Origin: an uncultured delta proteobacterium
GTDB lineage: Bacteria > Desulfobacterota > Desulfobacteria > Desulfobacterales > JAFDCJ01
Assembly (NCBI GenBank): GCA_963769935.1
Contig: CAVYNY010000022.1
Span: forward strand, 710,941 to 774,940
DNA: 64,000 nucleotides
Direction of reading: 5' to 3'
Shown here: piece by piece, positions 47,388-56,395 of the stretch
Numbering within the stretch: position 1 is the first letter of the stretch
Layout of the letters: each line of letters begins with the position of its first letter
Program-made: the position numbers and the translations under genes
The notes under the pieces: generated by a model
Seen by the model: the letters and a program-made list of their open reading frames with translations, nothing else
Database searches by the model: none
Told to the model about the DNA's origin: nothing

Positions 47388-47891
47388 ATGTTTGGAAAGA
47401 TCTTAAAATTTTTGGACCGAGTTTTGACCTTCTTTGAGGAATGGACCTTGTTTATCAGCGTGATCGTCGCCCTGATTGCTCTGTTTTTCAACGTTGTATT
47501 ACGCTACGGCTTCAACTATTCCCTGGCCTGGTCGGAGGAGCTCGTGCGGGAGGTCATCATTTACACCACCTTTATCGGCTGCAGTGCGGCGGTTAAGAAT
47601 CGGACGATGATTAAAATCGACGCATCGGTACAGCTGCTGCCCAAACTCAAGATGCCACTGACGTATTTCAGCAATTTTGTCATCATGGTTTTTTCCGTCC
47701 TGATGATGTACTACGGCTGGTTAATGGTGGAACTCCAGCAGCGCACCCACCAGAAGACCATTATCATGGAGATTCCTCTGGTCATTTTGTATGCCATCCT
47801 GCCGTTGATGGGCGTGATGATGTTCATTCGGGCGATCCAGGTTACTTACGAAGACATTATGGAACAGCGCGCCAAGAAAGACGAAAATTAG
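47388..47891 (+). CDS. TRAP transporter small permease (DctQ)
   Basis: Four TM helices; VVLRYGFNYSLAWSEELVR. Confidence 0.9.
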   Translation: MFGKILKFLDRVLTFFEEWTLFISVIVALIALFFNVVLRYGFNYSLAWSEELVREVIIYTTFIGCSAAVKNRTMIKIDASVQLLPKLKMPLTYFSNFVIMVFSVLMMYYGWLMVELQQRTHQKTIIMEIPLVILYAILPLMGVMMFIRAIQVTYEDIMEQRAKKDEN

Positions 47892-47930
47892 CTTCTACGG
47901 ATTAAGCTGCCAAACGGGGAGATTCGGTAA

Positions 47931-49226
47931 ATGGAGTTGAGCCACATTATTATTCTGTCGATTTTATTGGGATGCATGGCGACCTATGTTCCCGTTTTTA
48001 TGTGCCTGTTTTTTACGGCGGTTTTGGGTTTTGTTTTTTTCACCGACGTTCCGATCCTGCTGTTGGCCCAGAGCCTTTTTCGCAGCATGGATAATTTTGC
48101 CCTGGTGGTGGTTCTTTTTTTCATTTTATGCGGCAACATCATGACAGCCGGTTCGATTGTCGAAAAGCTGATCAATGTTGCCAATTCCGTGGTCAGCTGG
48201 CTGCCGGGCGGTTTAGGTATGGCGGGCGTTCTGGCCTGCGGTCTGTTCGGCGCCATTTCCGGATCCACCGTGGCAACCGTGGTGGCCCTGGGCGGTTTCA
48301 TGATTCCGGCCCTGATAGACAACGGCTATCCGCAGAAATATGCCCTGGGATTGATGACCACCTCGCCGAATCTCGGGGTGATTATCCCTCCCAGCATCGG
48401 GATGATTCTTTACAGCATGATCAGCAACGTTTCCCTGGAAGGGCTTTTTGCGACCGGATTCCTGCCCGGTATCCTGATCATGTTCGGGGCCTGCGTTTAT
48501 ACCTATTTTGTGTTTCGCCGGAAAAAAGAAATTATACGCATGCCGATTCCCAGCCCGAAACAGCTATGGCTGGTTTTTAAAGACGGCTTCTGGTCGCTGA
48601 TGCTGCCGGTGATAATATTCGGCGGCATCTTTTCCGGCGCCTTTACGGCCAACGAAGCGGCCGTTGTCGCCTGTGTTTATGCCTTTATCGTGGAGCTTTT
48701 CATACACAAGACCGTTAAGTTTAAAGATGTTAAAAAAATTACCGTAAGCTCGGCGGTGACCTCGGCCACTTTGTTGATCATCGTGGCCGGTGCCACCTGT
48801 TTCGGCCGGCTGCTGACGATGGAGGATATTCCCGGGAAAATTACCGAATCCGTAATTGCCACGATTCAATCACCGGTCATGTTTTTGCTGGCGATGAACA
48901 TTTTGCTGCTGATCGTGGGCATGTTTATGGACATCATTTCCGCCACCATGATCCTGGGTCCGGTATTCCTGCCCATGCTGGACGCTTTTCACGTGAACTG
49001 GATGCATTTTGGATTGATTATGACGGTCAACCTGGCCATCGGGTACTGCACGCCGCCGATGGGCGTCAGTCTCTATATTACCGGTGCCATCGCCAACAAA
49101 GATCTGATCTATGTTTCCAAGTCGGTTATACCGTTTCTCGCCATTCAAACCGCTGTGCTATTTCTGATAACCTATTTTCCGGATGCGGTGCTGTGGCTGC
49201 CGAGAATGATGGGCTACCTGAGATAG
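47931..49226 (+). CDS. TRAP transporter large permease (DctM)
   Basis: FGAISGSTVAT, IIPPSI, FTANEAA, GYCTPPMG. Confidence 0.93.
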   Translation: MELSHIIILSILLGCMATYVPVFMCLFFTAVLGFVFFTDVPILLLAQSLFRSMDNFALVVVLFFILCGNIMTAGSIVEKLINVANSVVSWLPGGLGMAGVLACGLFGAISGSTVATVVALGGFMIPALIDNGYPQKYALGLMTTSPNLGVIIPPSIGMILYSMISNVSLEGLFATGFLPGILIMFGACVYTYFVFRRKKEIIRMPIPSPKQLWLVFKDGFWSLMLPVIIFGGIFSGAFTANEAAVVACVYAFIVELFIHKTVKFKDVKKITVSSAVTSATLLIIVAGATCFGRLLTMEDIPGKITESVIATIQSPVMFLLAMNILLLIVGMFMDIISATMILGPVFLPMLDAFHVNWMHFGLIMTVNLAIGYCTPPMGVSLYITGAIANKDLIYVSKSVIPFLAIQTAVLFLITYFPDAVLWLPRMMGYLR

Positions 49227-49309
49227 TACCGGTTATAGATGACGACGTTGCCTAATCCGCCTAAAAAATGGCGGACAAGATTGACTAAAATTAAGGAGAC
49301 GCGTTTACA

Positions 49310-49867
49310 ATGACGGCAAAGCAATCCTTTCTCAAGGGCAAGCATATTCTGGCTGTGGATGACGAGCAGGATGTATTGGACAGCATCGTTGAACTTCTGG
49401 AAGAATCCGAAGTCGATACGGCACGCGACTACAAAAGTGCTTCCGACAAGTTAAAAGGGCGGCGCTATGATCTGGCCATTCTGGACATTATGGGGGTGAA
49501 CGGCCTGCAGCTGCTGGAAGAAGCCGTGGCAAGGCAGATCCCGGCTGTAATGCTCACCGCCCATGCCATCAGTCCCGCAACGCTGATGGATTCCATTCAA
49601 AAAGGTGCCATTTCCTATCTTCCCAAAGAGAGGCTGGTCGACCTGGATAGTCTGCTAAACGAGCTGCTGGAAGCTTACCAGAGCGGAGAACCGCCGTGGA
49701 AGCTGCTTTTTGAAAAACTCGGCGATTATTTTGATCAACGTTTCGGGGACGAATGGAAAGAAAAAGACCGTGAATTCTGGTCAAAATTCAGTCGAACCTA
49801 TCAGATCGGAAAAGGTATTCAAGAGCGTCTCAAGCACGATAAAAGAATTCTGGACAAGGGAATTTGA
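49310..49867 (+). CDS. Single-domain response regulator, paralog of 43103-43606
   Basis: AVDDE, ILDIMGVNG, MLTAH, YLPK, WKLLFEKLGDYFDQRFGDEWKE. Confidence 0.88.
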   Translation: MTAKQSFLKGKHILAVDDEQDVLDSIVELLEESEVDTARDYKSASDKLKGRRYDLAILDIMGVNGLQLLEEAVARQIPAVMLTAHAISPATLMDSIQKGAISYLPKERLVDLDSLLNELLEAYQSGEPPWKLLFEKLGDYFDQRFGDEWKEKDREFWSKFSRTYQIGKGIQERLKHDKRILDKGI

Positions 49868-49903
49868 ACCCCTGATTCCTGCTGATTTTCCGAGCTTTCT
49901 TGC

Positions 49904-49968
49904 TTGACACACCTTCCGCCTTCCTTTATATTCGAAATCTTAAACTTTAAAATCGTATACAGTATACG
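49904..49968 (+). promoter_or_regulatory. Sigma70 promoter plus palindromic operator upstream of the glutaryl-CoA dehydrogenase gene
   Basis: TTGACA (49904-49909), N17, TATATT (49927-49932); palindrome CGTATAC-A-GTATACG (49954-49968). Confidence 0.65.
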
Positions 49969-50080
49969 GTTACTTTATTGATGTTCCGATGATGATGATC
50001 CGTTTCTTTGATCGCCGATTTTAGCCGTTTTGGACAACAGGAATACCGATTTAACAAAAATATAATCAGGAGGATTTAAA

Positions 50081-51244
50081 ATGGACTTTAGCCTGCCGGA
50101 AGAACTTGAGATGCTCAGGGACATGGTGCGTGATTTCGCCAGTGAGAAAATTGCGCCATTCGCTGACGAGTGGGATGAAAAACATTATTTTCCGTATGAA
50201 GAGGTTGTCAAACCGATGGGAGAGCTGGGTCTGTTCGGGACGGTTATTCCGGAGCAATACGGCGGGTCGGATATGGGCTGGTTGGCGGCCATGATCGTCA
50301 CCGAAGAAATCGCCCGGGCATCAAGTTCGCTGCGGGTCCAGATAAATATGCAGACACTGGGCTGTGCCTATACGATTTATACTTACGGCAGTGATGAACT
50401 CAAACAGAAATATATCCCCAAACTCGTGAGTGCCGAGTACATGGGTGCGTTTGCCATGACCGAACCGGATGCAGGCTCCGATGTCATGGCCATGAAATCC
50501 AGGGCGGAAGACAAAGGCGACCACTGGTTAATGAACGGATCCAAGACCTGGATCTCCAATGCGGATGTTGCCGATGCCATCGTTTACTATGCCTACACCG
50601 ATCCATCCCAAGGGGCCAAAGGGCTTTCGGCCTTTGTTGTCGAAGTGAAGAACTTTAACGATATCCGGACAACAGCTTTGGATAAAATGGGTTCCCGCTC
50701 ATCGCCCACCGGTGAAATCTACCTGACCGATACCCGCGTTCCCAAGGAAAACATTCTGGGAAAGCCGGGCGACGGGGCCAAGATCCTTTTTGGTTCACTC
50801 AACCAGACCCGGCTTTCGGCAGCTGCCGGAGGAATCGGCGTGGCCCAGGCTTGTCTGGATGAGGCCATTAAATATTGCAAGGAACGCAAGCAGTTCGGCA
50901 AGCTCATCGGTGAATTTCAGATGAACCAGGACCTGATCGCCCAGATGTCGGCTGAAATCGAAGCCGCACGGCTTATGGTGTATAAAGCGGCCTGGGCCAA
51001 AGATCAGGGCCGGTTGAACAACGGACTGGATGTGGCCCAGGCCAAGTACCTGGCCGGTGAGGTAGCGACCAAATGCGCCAATTACGCCATGCGGATTCTG
51101 GGTGCCTACGGATATTCCACCGAGTATCCGGTGGCGCGCTTTTTCAGAGATGCCCCCACTTATTCCATGGTGGAGGGCTCGTCCAATATCTGCAAATGGA
51201 TTATCGCGCTGGATCAGCTGGGAATTCGCAAGGCGAACCGATAA
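50081..51244 (+). CDS. Acyl-CoA dehydrogenase, most likely non-decarboxylating glutaryl-CoA dehydrogenase
   Basis: Closely follows my recollection of the Desulfococcus multivorans enzyme: GWLAAMIVTEEIAR, LRVQINM, GRLNNGLDVA, GAYGYSTEYPVARF, MVEGS, ALDQLG.RKANR. Confidence 0.85.
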   Translation: MDFSLPEELEMLRDMVRDFASEKIAPFADEWDEKHYFPYEEVVKPMGELGLFGTVIPEQYGGSDMGWLAAMIVTEEIARASSSLRVQINMQTLGCAYTIYTYGSDELKQKYIPKLVSAEYMGAFAMTEPDAGSDVMAMKSRAEDKGDHWLMNGSKTWISNADVADAIVYYAYTDPSQGAKGLSAFVVEVKNFNDIRTTALDKMGSRSSPTGEIYLTDTRVPKENILGKPGDGAKILFGSLNQTRLSAAAGGIGVAQACLDEAIKYCKERKQFGKLIGEFQMNQDLIAQMSAEIEAARLMVYKAAWAKDQGRLNNGLDVAQAKYLAGEVATKCANYAMRILGAYGYSTEYPVARFFRDAPTYSMVEGSSNICKWIIALDQLGIRKANR

Positions 51245-51246
51245 AT

Positions 51247-51387
51247 CCGTTGGCCCGTTGGCCGGTTTGCCCGTGTGCCGGTTAGGCGGTTCACCCGTTT
51301 AGCGGTTAATCCGCCGCATCACATTTACTGATTAAATCGATTTAGTCCTTTTTAACCGGCAAACGGGCCAACCGGAAACGGGCTAAC
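51247..51387. repeat. Inverted 8-bp-arm element (CCGTTGGC)n...(AACCGGCA)n
   Basis: CCGTTGGC CCGTTGGC CGGTTTGC CCGTGTGC CGGTTAGG ... AACCGGCA AACGGGCC AACCGGA AACGGGCT. Confidence 0.75.
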
Positions 51388-51464
51388 TCTAAATCAGGTT
51401 AGAAGCTTCTAAATAAAATACAATACTATATGAACCAATTTCATTAATCTGAGAGGAATTCGTT

Positions 51465-52253
51465 ATGGAGATAATAGTACTGGTCAAACAGGTGCCGGAC
51501 ACCGAATCGCTCGTCGAGATTGCAGATGATGGGGTGTCCATCAAAAAACAGGATATAAAATGGGTGATGAATCCCTACGACGAAATTGCGGTCGAGGAAG
51601 CCCTGCAAATCAGGGAAGCCCAGGGCGGGAGCGTGACCGTTGTTTCCCTGGGCGGCCAGAAGGCGATTGAGACGATCCGCACGGCTCTGGCAATGGGCGC
51701 TGATAAAGGGGTTCACATCAACGATCCGGCTGCCGAAGGCAGTGATGCGCTGGCAACCGCAAAAATTCTGGCGGCCGTTTGCAAAGAAATTCCATTTGAG
51801 TTGATCATTGCCGGGCATCGTGCAGTGGATGAAGACAATTACCAGGTCGCATCCGGCGTAGCTGAATTTTTGGGAATTCCCCAGATTTCGATGGTGATCA
51901 AAGCCGAATTGCTGGACGGCAAAATCAGATGCCAGCGCACTATTGAAGGCGGCACCGTCACCGTTGACGCGGCGCTGCCGGCCCTTTTTACGACCCAGCG
52001 CGGGCTGAATGAACCCCGCTATGCCTCCCTGCCGGGCATTATGAAGGCCAAAAAGAAACCCGTGGATGTGAAAACTATTGCTGATCTGGGCATCGATCCG
52101 GCCACGGTCGGCGCGGCCAACCGGAAGGTAAAGATTAAAACGCTGAATTTTCCGCCTGAAAGACAGGCGGTTAGAATGATTGAGGGCGAAAGCGTCCGGG
52201 ACAAAGCCGCCGAGCTCGTGCGGGTTCTGCATGAGGAAGTGAAGTTAATCTAA
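51465..52253 (+). CDS. etfB: Electron transfer flavoprotein subunit beta
   Basis: VKQVPDTE, NPYDEIAVEEAL, ALAMGADKG, NEPRYASLPGIMKAKKK. Confidence 0.96.
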   Translation: MEIIVLVKQVPDTESLVEIADDGVSIKKQDIKWVMNPYDEIAVEEALQIREAQGGSVTVVSLGGQKAIETIRTALAMGADKGVHINDPAAEGSDALATAKILAAVCKEIPFELIIAGHRAVDEDNYQVASGVAEFLGIPQISMVIKAELLDGKIRCQRTIEGGTVTVDAALPALFTTQRGLNEPRYASLPGIMKAKKKPVDVKTIADLGIDPATVGAANRKVKIKTLNFPPERQAVRMIEGESVRDKAAELVRVLHEEVKLI

Positions 52254-52333
52254 GGGGAGCAATCTGCAAATTCCACTATTCCAACGTTCCAATATTCCAT
52301 TTGGGGCGAAGTTCCAAACATAAGGAGATCGAT

Positions 52334-53299
52334 ATGGCACAGGGTGTGTTTGTTATTACAGAACAAAGAGATGGTGCTTTTCGCAAAGTGTCTTTCGAAG
52401 CCGTCAGTGAAGGCAGACGTGTGGCTGATGGTCTGGGCGCCGAGGTGACCGCGGTGGTTTTGGGTTCCGGCATTGAGGGTATCGCAGGTGAACTCGAAAA
52501 ATATGGTCCCGATAAAATTCTGGTAGCTGATGATCCGTCCCTGACGGATTACACAACCGATGCTTATTCCAATGTCATTGCCGGTTTGGTGCAATCCGTG
52601 GACCCGGCTTTGATCGTTATCGGCGCCTCTTCCCAGGGCAAGGATCTGTCGGCAAGATTAGCTGCCAGGCTGGATGCGGGGTTGGCCATGGATAGTACGG
52701 CAATCAAACTGGATAACGGCAAATTGACCTTTACCCGTCCGATGTTCGGCGGGAAAATATTCGCCGATGTAGAAATCGAAGGCGGCCTGCAAATTGTTGC
52801 CATTCGTCCGAATGTTATGGATATTGCCGAAACATCCAGGGCGTGTGCGACCGAAAAGGCTGACGTCCAGGTGGGTGAAGTTAAAACATCGGTGGTTGAA
52901 AAAAGTATGGATACCGGAGATAAAATCGAGTTGACCGAGGCCGATATCGTGGTTTCCGGCGGCCGCGGTACCGGCGGCAAATTCGATCCGATTGAACAGC
53001 TGGCAGCTGCTTTAGGTGGAGCGGTTGGCGCTTCGCGTTCCGCGGTTGACGAAGGCTGGCGGCCCCACAGTGATCAGGTCGGGCAGACCGGCAAAGTCGT
53101 CTCGCCCGGTATGTATGTCGCCTGCGGTATCTCCGGTGCGATCCAGCATCTGGCCGGTATGTCGACTTCCAAATACATCGTGGCCATCAACAAAGATCCG
53201 GAAGCACCCATTTTCTCCAAAGCGGACCTGGGAATTGTCGGAGATCTGTTTGAAGTAGTCCCGGCGGTTGTAGAAGAAGTGAAGAAGATCAAGAGCTGA
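52334..53299 (+). CDS. etfA: Electron transfer flavoprotein subunit alpha
   Basis: [50 protein letters not shown]. Confidence 0.96.
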   Translation: MAQGVFVITEQRDGAFRKVSFEAVSEGRRVADGLGAEVTAVVLGSGIEGIAGELEKYGPDKILVADDPSLTDYTTDAYSNVIAGLVQSVDPALIVIGASSQGKDLSARLAARLDAGLAMDSTAIKLDNGKLTFTRPMFGGKIFADVEIEGGLQIVAIRPNVMDIAETSRACATEKADVQVGEVKTSVVEKSMDTGDKIELTEADIVVSGGRGTGGKFDPIEQLAAALGGAVGASRSAVDEGWRPHSDQVGQTGKVVSPGMYVACGISGAIQHLAGMSTSKYIVAINKDPEAPIFSKADLGIVGDLFEVVPAVVEEVKKIKS

Positions 53300-53345
53300 T
53301 TCTTTATTCCCGGTTTAGGGGGTGACCAGAAAAAAATAAATTAAT

Positions 53346-53422
53346 CACGAAAGCGCGAAAGCACGAAAGCACGATAAATAGATAAATTTAATTGCGAGTT
53401 TTCCAAATTTCGTGGTTTCGTG
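53346..53422. repeat. Inverted 8-bp-arm element (CACGAAAG)n...(TTTCGTG)n
   Basis: CACGAAAG CGCGAAAG CACGAAAG CACGA ... TTTCGTGG TTTCGTGA. Confidence 0.75.
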
Positions 53423-53456
53423 ATGAAATACCAACTACAAAGTAGAGGAATCTTGA

Positions 53457-55127
53457 ATGGACGAAACCAGAGAAGCGTTGGAGTTTGATGTGCTTTTTGT
53501 CGGCGGCGGCCCGGCCAATCTGGCCGGTGCCATCCATTTGTCGAATCTGGCACGGCAGAAGAAAATGGAGATCGAGGTTTGCCTGATAGAAAAGGCGGAA
53601 ACCATCGGCGCCCACTCCTTGAGCGGGGCTATCTTGGACCCTGTTGCCGTGAAAGAACTCGTACCGGATTATTTGACCAAGGGGTGCCCGATCGAACAAT
53701 CCGAATGCCGGGATGAATTCTACTATCTGACCCGTACCCGCAAATTTGGCGTTCCGTTTACCCCCGGTTACATGCACAACGATGGATGTCATATCATCAG
53801 CCTTTCAAAATTCTGTGTCTGGCTGGGGGAAATGGCCGAAGAGCTGGGCGTCAATGTATTTCCCGGTTTTGCCGGAACAGAGGTGCTCTATGACTCGGAC
53901 GGCAACCGAATCATCGGCGTGCGAACCGGCGATAAAGGCATTGACAAAGACGGTAATAAACGCTCCAACTTCGAACCGGGTGTCGATCTGAAGGCCAAAA
54001 CAACCGTCTTCGGTGAAGGACCCAAGGGCAGCCTGCTGCGCGAGGTGGGCAAAAAGCTGGGCATATTTGAAGGTAAAATGCCTCAGGTGTTTGAGACCGC
54101 CGTCAAGGAAGTGATCGAAATTCCGAAATCCAATGCTTTCAACTCCTCAGCGACGACGGTCATGCACAGCTTCGGTTATCCATTAGGCCTGGATACCAAG
54201 GGCGGCGGATTCCTCTACAAGATGAAAGACAACCGGGTGGCGCTGGGGTTCGTGGTGGGGTTGGAATATGAAGATTCCCTGCTGGAACCTTACCAGGCCT
54301 TTTTGAGTTTTAAAAGACATCCGCTGATAGCCGAGATCATAAAGGGCGGCAAGGTGCTGCAGCAGGGGGCCAAGACCCTGTCGGCCGGCGGTTTTTATAC
54401 CATGCCGCGGCTGGCGGTGGACGGTGCGGTTTTTGTCGGGGACAGTGCCTCCATGCTGAACATCCAGAGGTTGAAAGGCATACACACAGCCATGAAATCC
54501 GGCATGCTGGCCGCCGAAGCCATCATCGAAGCGCTTGAGAAAAATGATTTTTCCAGAGAGGCATTAAGTCTGTATGAGCGGAAGGTTTCCGACAGCTGGA
54601 TTCAGAAAGAACTTTATGCCGCGCGCAATTTCAGCCAGGCGCTCTCTAAAAAGGGAATCGGCAAATTTATCACGATCGGCGCTCAGTATCTGAGCGGCGG
54701 CCGGGGATTTATCGATGCGATGCCCATTGAGGAGGATTGCACCACTTTGAAACCCCTGGAGGGCCGAATCGCAAGCCGGACCGAATCCCCGGAAACTCAG
54801 GACTTTGACGGCAAGCTCTACCTGGATAAGCTGACCGGACTTTACCTTTCCGGCACCTCCCATGAGGAAAACCAGCCCTGTCATCTCAAAATTCCGTATC
54901 CGGACCTCTGCATGACCGAATGCTACAATAAATTTGGCAGTCCCTGCACGCGTTTCTGCCCGGCGCAGGTGTATGAACTGGAAGAGGATCCGGATGGAGC
55001 CAGACGGTTGAAATTGAATCCTTCCAACTGCCTGCATTGCAAGACTTGCGAGATCAAAGATCCGCTTAGAAATATCATCTGGACCTGCCCCGAAGGGGGC
55101 GGAGGACCTAAGTATTCTATTTTGTGA
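53457..55127 (+). CDS. ETF:quinone oxidoreductase (ETF-QO family, FAD plus C-terminal 4Fe-4S)
   Basis: VGGGPA, HSLSGA, KGIHTAMKSGMLAAE, FCPAQVYE, NCLHCKTCEIKDP, PEGGGGP. Confidence 0.93.
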   Translation: MDETREALEFDVLFVGGGPANLAGAIHLSNLARQKKMEIEVCLIEKAETIGAHSLSGAILDPVAVKELVPDYLTKGCPIEQSECRDEFYYLTRTRKFGVPFTPGYMHNDGCHIISLSKFCVWLGEMAEELGVNVFPGFAGTEVLYDSDGNRIIGVRTGDKGIDKDGNKRSNFEPGVDLKAKTTVFGEGPKGSLLREVGKKLGIFEGKMPQVFETAVKEVIEIPKSNAFNSSATTVMHSFGYPLGLDTKGGGFLYKMKDNRVALGFVVGLEYEDSLLEPYQAFLSFKRHPLIAEIIKGGKVLQQGAKTLSAGGFYTMPRLAVDGAVFVGDSASMLNIQRLKGIHTAMKSGMLAAEAIIEALEKNDFSREALSLYERKVSDSWIQKELYAARNFSQALSKKGIGKFITIGAQYLSGGRGFIDAMPIEEDCTTLKPLEGRIASRTESPETQDFDGKLYLDKLTGLYLSGTSHEENQPCHLKIPYPDLCMTECYNKFGSPCTRFCPAQVYELEEDPDGARRLKLNPSNCLHCKTCEIKDPLRNIIWTCPEGGGGPKYSIL

Positions 55128-55257
55128 ATTGAAGATTGAAAATTGAATATTTAAGGCGTTCCGTCTTTTTAATTTATTGGGACTTTCATTATCTAAAAAA
55201 AGCTGAAAACGACAGCATCCCACAAATATTCAATCTGCAATCTTCAATATTCAATTC
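55125..55257. repeat. Inverted heptamer-arm element (ATTGAAN)n...(TTCAATM)n
   Basis: AATTGAA GATTGAA AATTGAA TATTT ... AACGACAGCATCCCACAAATA TTCAATC TGCAATC TTCAATA TTCAATT. Confidence 0.8.
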
Positions 55258-55329
55258 CGGGGGCATCCAAAAAACTGATGTCCGCCATGACTCTCTATTC
55301 AGCTATCAGCGCACAAAAAGGGGTTTATT

Positions 55330-55737
55330 GTGAGCGACGATGATATTGTCGAAAAAACCAAACGGACGGCAGAGCTGTATTTCAAAGGCGTAACGGAAGA
55401 AAAACCGTTTGACCTGTGGCGGGCATTTGACAGGGGGTTGGCCCGGGATCTCTCCTTGTTTATTACCGGGCAGATGTATGCCCGGGAAAAAATACCCCAC
55501 AAGACCCGCCAACTGATAACCGTGGCGGCGCTGACGGTTTTATCCCGGCTTGATGAACTTCGGCTGCACATTCAGGCGGCCTTGAATGTGGGCTGCACCC
55601 CCCATGAAATCGCCGAGGTCATTTTTCAAACCGCCATTTACGGCGGAATGCCGGCAACCAACTCGGCCTTGAAAACCTTAAAATCAGTGCTCCAGGAAAA
55701 AGGCCTTTGGCCGCCGGCGGAGCGCTCCGAGAAATAA
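55330..55737 (+). CDS. Carboxymuconolactone decarboxylase (CMD/AhpD-like) family protein
   Basis: KTRQLITVAALTVL, ELRLHIQAALNVGCT..EIAEVIFQTAIYGGMP. Confidence 0.85.
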   Translation: MSDDDIVEKTKRTAELYFKGVTEEKPFDLWRAFDRGLARDLSLFITGQMYAREKIPHKTRQLITVAALTVLSRLDELRLHIQAALNVGCTPHEIAEVIFQTAIYGGMPATNSALKTLKSVLQEKGLWPPAERSEK

Positions 55738-55791
55738 GGAGCGCTGCGCTTGTCGAAGATCCCTTCTTACCACATTCCCGTGCTTTCGCAC

Positions 55792-55821
55792 TTGACACAA
55801 CCCCTTAATTTCTTTTAGACT
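55792..55821 (+). promoter_or_regulatory. Putative sigma70 promoter for the ACT-domain gene
   Basis: TTGACA-N18-TAGACT about 85 bp upstream of the start. Confidence 0.45.
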
Positions 55822-55904
55822 TCCCAGGCGATAAATATTAAGTTTTCGGTTTCACGGCAGGACATCCCCCGAATATCATCTATAAATTTTTAATGGAGGA
55901 ACTG

Positions 55905-56348
55905 ATGAAGTTAAAACAAATTGTGGTATCCATTGAAAACGCTCCGGGCCGTTTATATGAAGTCACCAATGCGCTGGGACAGGCCGGCATCAACCTGAGA
56001 GCGCTCAATCTGGTGGACACCGGCGCATTCGGTCAGCTGCGGCTGCTGGTTTCAAACGTGACCAAAGCCAGGCGGATTCTGATGGAAATGGCCATACCGG
56101 CCCATATTAATGAAGTCGTCGCGGTTGAAATCGCGGATAAACCCGGCAGTCTGGCACAGGTTCTCAAACTGCTTTACGAGGCAAATGTTCAGGTAATTCA
56201 CACGTATGCCTTCATCGGTTTTTCCCAGGGCAAAGCGGTGATGATTTTTCGTTTCAGCGACAATGACAGGGCCATCGAAGTATTGCAGGCCAATAAAGTC
56301 AATTTACTGGATGCGGATGCTTTCGGCATTCTTGAAAATGAATCCTAA
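55905..56348 (+). CDS. Tandem ACT-domain protein
   Basis: QIVVSIENAPGRL..AGINLRAL and VAVEIADKPGSLAQVL. Confidence 0.85.
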   Translation: MKLKQIVVSIENAPGRLYEVTNALGQAGINLRALNLVDTGAFGQLRLLVSNVTKARRILMEMAIPAHINEVVAVEIADKPGSLAQVLKLLYEANVQVIHTYAFIGFSQGKAVMIFRFSDNDRAIEVLQANKVNLLDADAFGILENES

Positions 56349-56395
56349 CATTCCATTTGGGGCGAAGCCCCTAACTTGACTTCGTCGGTGCGTCT

